A DNA stretch of 64,000 nucleotides from the human T2T-CHM13v2.0 reference genome, Homo sapiens. A program made the translations under genes and the position numbers. A model generated the notes under the pieces. The model ran no database searches and was not told where the DNA came from. It saw only the letters and a program-made list of their open reading frames with translations. Below are positions 58,943 through 64,000 of this stretch, one piece after another; the first letter of the stretch is position 1; every line of letters begins with the position of its first letter. The DNA is taken from the NCBI RefSeq assembly GCF_009914755.1, contig NC_060947.1; one strand, 5' to 3'.

Positions 58943-60577
58943 TGATGAGGCTTGAGTAGGCAAAGCAGCCAGGAAGCTCGAATTGGGTAGAGCCCACCGC
59001 AGCTCAAGTAGGACTGCCTGCCTCTGTAGACTCCACCTCTGGGGGCAGGGCATAGCTGAACAAAAGGCAGCAGAAACTTCTGCAGACTTAAACGTCCCTG
59101 TCTGACAGCTTTGAAGAGAGTAGTGGTTCTCCCAGCACAGAGTTTGAGATCTGAGAATGGCCAGACTGCCTCCTCAAGTGGGTCACTGACCCCCAAGGAG
59201 CCTAACTGGGAGAAATCTCCCAGTAGGGGCTGACTGATACCTCATACAGTGGGGTGCCCCTCTGAGATGAAGCTTCCAGAGGAAGGATCAGCCAGCAACA
59301 TTTGCTGTTGTGCAGTATTTGCTGTTCTGCAGCCTCTGCTGGTGATACCCAGGCAAACAAGGTCTGGAGTGAACCTCCAGCAAACTCCAACAGACCTGTA
59401 GCTGAGGGTCCTGACTGTTAGAAGGAAAACTAACAAACAGAAAGGAATAGCATCAACACCAACAAAAAGGACATCCACACCAAAACCCCATCTGTAGGTC
59501 ACCATCATCAAAGACAAAAGGTAGATAAAACCACAAATATGGGGAGAAACCAGAACAGGAAAGCTGAAAATTCTAAAAATCAGAGTGCCTCTTCTCCTCC
59601 AAAGGAACACGGCTCCTCGCCAGCAACAGAACAAAGCTGGAGGGAGAATGACTTTGATGAGTTGACGGAAGTAGGCTTCAGATGATTGGTAATATCAAAC
59701 TTCTCTGAGCTAAAGTAGGATGTTCAAACCCATCACAACGAAGCTAAAAACCTTGAAAAAAGATTAGATGAATGGCTAACTAGAATAAACAGCATAGAGA
59801 AGACCTTAAATGACCTGATGGAGCCGAAAACCATCATACGAGAACTACATGACACATGCAGAAGCTTCAGTAGCCATTTTGATCAAGTGGAAGAAAGGGT
59901 ATCAGCGATCGAAGATCAAATGAATGAAATGAAGCAAGAAGAGAAGTTTAGAGAAAAAAGAGTAAAAAGAAACGAACATTGGTGTACCTGAAAGTGACAA
60001 GGAGAATGGAACCAAGTTGGAAAACACTCTGCAGGATATTATCCAGGAGAACTTCCCCAACCTAGCAAGGCAGGCCAACATTCAAATACACAAAATACAG
60101 AGAACGTCACAAAGATAACCCTAGAGAAGAACAACTCCAAGACACATAATTCTCAGATTCACCAAAGTTGAAATGAAGGAAAAAATGTTAAGGGCAGCCA
60201 GAGAGAAAGGTCGGGTTACCCACAAAGGGAAGCCCATCAGACTAACAGTGGATCTCTCAGCAGAAACTCTACAAGCCAGAAGAGAGTGGGGGCCAATATT
60301 CAACACTCTTAAAGAAAAGAATTTTCAACCCAGAATTTCATATCCAGCCAAACTAAGCTTCATAAGTGAAGGAGAAATAAAATGCTTTACAGGCAAGCAA
60401 ATGCTGAGAGATTTTGTCACAACCAGGCCTCCCTTACAAGAGCTCCTGAAGGAAGCAATAAACATGGAAAGGAACAACCGGTAACAGCCACTGCAAAAAC
60501 ATGTCAAATTGTAAAGACCATTGATGCTAGGAAGAAACCGCATCAACTAATGAGCAAAACAACCAGCTAACATCATA

Positions 60578-61649
60578 ATGACAGGATCAAATGTACACAT
60601 AACAATATTAACCTTAAATGAAAATGGGCTAAATGCTCCAATTAAAAGACACAGACTGGCAAATTGGATAGAGTCAAGACCCATCAGTGTGCTGCATTCA
60701 GGAAACCCATCCCACGTGCAGAGACACACAGAGCCTCCAAATAAAGGGAGTAAATGGATGGAAGAAGATCTATGAAGCAAATGGAAAACAACACAAAGCA
60801 GGGTCTGCAATCCTAGTCTCTGATAAAACAGACTTTAAGCCAACAAAGATCAAAAGAGACAAAGAAGGCCACTACATAATGGTAAAGGGATCAATTCAAC
60901 AAGAAGACCTAACTATCTTAAATATATGTGGACCCAATACAGGAGTACCCAGATTCATAAAGCAAGTCCTTGAAGACCTAAAAAGAGACTTAGACTCTCA
61001 CACAATAATAATGGGAGATTTTAACACCCCACTGTCAACATTAGACAGATCAGCAAGACAGAAAATTAACAAGGATATCCAGGACTTGAACTCAGCTCTG
61101 CACCAAGTGGACATAATAGACATCTACAGAACTCTCCACCCCAAATCAACAGAATATACATTCTTCTCAGCACCACATCGCACTTATTCCAAAACTGACC
61201 ACATAGTTGGAAGTAAAGCACTCCTCAGCAAATGTAAAAGAACAGAAACTATAACAAACTGTGTCTCAGACCACAGTGCAAACAAATTAGAACTCATGAT
61301 TAAGAAACACACTCAAAACCACTCAACTACATGGAAACTAAACAACCTGCTCCTGAATGACTACTGGGTACATAATGAAATGAAGGCAGAAATAAAGATG
61401 TTCTTTGAAACCAATGAGAAAAAAGACACAACATACCAGAATCTCTGGGACACATTCAAAGCAGTGTGTAGAGGGAAACTTATCGCACTAAATGGCCACA
61501 AGAGAAAGCAGGAAAGATCTAAAATTGACACCCTAACATCACAATTAAAAGAACTAGAGAAGCAAGAGCAAACTTGCAGACGGCAAGAAATAACTAAGAT
61601 CAGAGCAGAAATGAAAGAGATAGAGACACAAAAACCCCTCAAAAATTAA
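60578..61649 (+). pseudogene. L1 ORF2p endonuclease-domain remnant; longest ORF in the window (320 aa, 60687-61649), frameshifted from the true ATG
   Basis: Keeps IQETH, GDFNTP and SDH motifs. The N-terminus MTGSNVHITILTLNENGLN is in a different frame, and NIYAPN has changed to NICGPN. Confidence 0.9.
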
Positions 61650-63097
61650 TGAATCCAGGAGCTGGTTTTTTAAAAGATCAACAAAATTGATAGACCGCTA
61701 GCAAGACTAATAAAGAAGAAAAGAGAGAAGAATCAAATAGACGCAATAAAAAATGATAAAGGGGATATCACCATCGATCCCACAGAAATACAAACTACCA
61801 TCAGAGAAAACTATAAACACCTCTATGCAAATAAACTAGAAAATCTAGAAGAAATGGATAAATTCCTCAACACCTACACCCTCCCAAGACTAAACCAGGA
61901 AGAAGTTGAATCCCTGAATAGACAAATAACAGACTCTGAAATTGAGGCAATAATTAATAGTGTACCAACCAAAAAAATTCCAGGACCAGACAGATTCACA
62001 GTCAAATTCGACCAAAGGTACAAAGAGGAGATGCTACCATTCCTTCTGAAACTATTCCAATCAATAGAAAAAGAGAGAATCCTCCCTAACTCATTTTATG
62101 AGGCCAGCATCATCCTGATACCAAAGCCTGGCAGAGACACAACAAAAAAAGAGAATTTTAGACCAATATCCCTGATGAACATTGATGCAAAAATCCTCAA
62201 TAAAACACTCGCAAACCAAATCCAGCAGCATATCAAAAACTTATCCACCACAATCAAGTTGGCTTCAACCCTGGGATGCAAGGCTGGTTCAACATATGCA
62301 AATCAATAAACATAATCCATTATATAAACAGAACCAAAGACAAAAACCACATGATTATCTCAATAGATGTAGAAAAGCCCTTCAATAAAGTTCAACAGCC
62401 TTTCATGCTAAAAACTCTCAATAAACTAGGTATTGATGAGACGTATCTCAAAATAATAAGAGCTACTTATGACAAAAAAAAAAAAACAGCCAATGTCATA
62501 CTGAATGGGCAAAAACTGGAAGCATTCCCTTTGAAAACTGGCACAAGACAGGGATGCCCTCTCTCATCACTCCCATTCAACATAGTGTTGGATGTTCTGG
62601 CCAGGGCAATCAGGCAGGAGAAAGAAATAAATGGTATTCAATCAGGAAAACAGGAAGTCAAATTGTCCCTGTTTGTAGATGACATGAGTGTATATTTAAA
62701 AAACCCCATCTTTTCAGCCCAAAATCTCCTTAAGTGATAAGCAACTTCAGCAAAGTCTCAGGATACAAAATCAATGTGCAAAAATCACAAGCATTCCTAT
62801 GAACAAATAACAGACAAACAGAGAGCCAAATCATGAGTGAACTCCTATTCACAGTTCCTTCAAAGAGAATAAAATACCTAGGAATCCAGCTTACAAAGGA
62901 TGTGAAGAACCTCTTCAAGGAGAACTGCAAACCACTGCTCAACAAAATAAGAGAGGACACAAACAATGGAAGAACATTCCATGCTCATGGATAGGAAGAA
63001 TCAATATTGTGAAAAAGGCCATACTGCCCAAGGTAATTTATAGATTCAATTCAATTCAATTCATCCCCATCAAGCTCTGATGACTTTCTTCATATAA

Positions 63098-63640
<543 letters not shown>

Positions 63641-64000
63641 AACTATCTGATCTTTAACAAACCTGACAAAAACAAGCAATGCGGAAAGGATTCCCCATTT
63701 GATAAATGGTGCTGGAAAAACTGGCTAGCCATATGTAGAAAGCTGAAACTGGATCCTTTCCTTACACCTTATACAAAAATTAATTCAAGATGGATTAAAG
63801 ACTTAAATATTAGACCTAAAACCATAAAAATCCTAGAAGAAAACCTAGGCAATACCATTCAGGAAATAGGCATGGGCAAAGACTTCATGACTAAAACATC
63901 AAAAGCAATGGCAACAAAAGCCAAAATAGACAAATGGGATCCAATTAAACTAAAGAGCTTCTGCACAGCAAAAGAAACTACCATCAGAGTAAACAGGCAA

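Noticed and set aside
60687-61649. 320-aa ORF as a functional or domesticated endonuclease gene
   Set aside because: It is L1 ORF2 EN with the N-terminus in another frame, a non-ATG start and the conserved Tyr of NIYAPN lost. The length is unremarkable for a fairly young L1PA.

Overview
This is AT-rich primate (most likely human) genomic DNA made almost entirely of retrotransposon fossils. I find no host protein-coding exon, RNA gene, CRISPR array or prokaryotic system, and every sizeable ORF I can place comes from L1, Alu, LTR, L2 or microsatellite sequence. Layout: 1-16.7 kb is old L1/L2/MIR/MLT debris with short unique spacers. 16.8-39.9 kb is an old L1M split by a PABL-like solo LTR and by a two-LTR MER4 provirus (18224-36948). 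That provirus hosts a twin-primed L1PA, a young 5'-truncated AluY, an LTR12, an AluS and a near-full-length L1PB. 39.9-64 kb is a stack of L1M/L1PB/L1PA copies with a THE1 LTR and Alus. I cannot support a new biological system here. The notable signals are rearrangement and repair scars: (1) a 167-bp perfectly identical tract with shared non-consensus variants in two otherwise diverged L1PAs 11.7 kb apart, which suggests gene conversion; (2) a chimeric L1 3' end followed by a probable 3' transduction and loss of target sequence; (3) an 87-bp inverted copy of ORF1 templated into the 5'UTR of the same L1; (4) an AT-rich palindrome with a MER4A1 LTR near its axis; (5) a 34-bp hairpin insertion flanked by an 11-bp duplication; (6) a near-perfect 147-bp-period duplication in an ancient L1. 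Subfamily names come from remembered consensus sequences and need RepeatMasker/Dfam confirmation.
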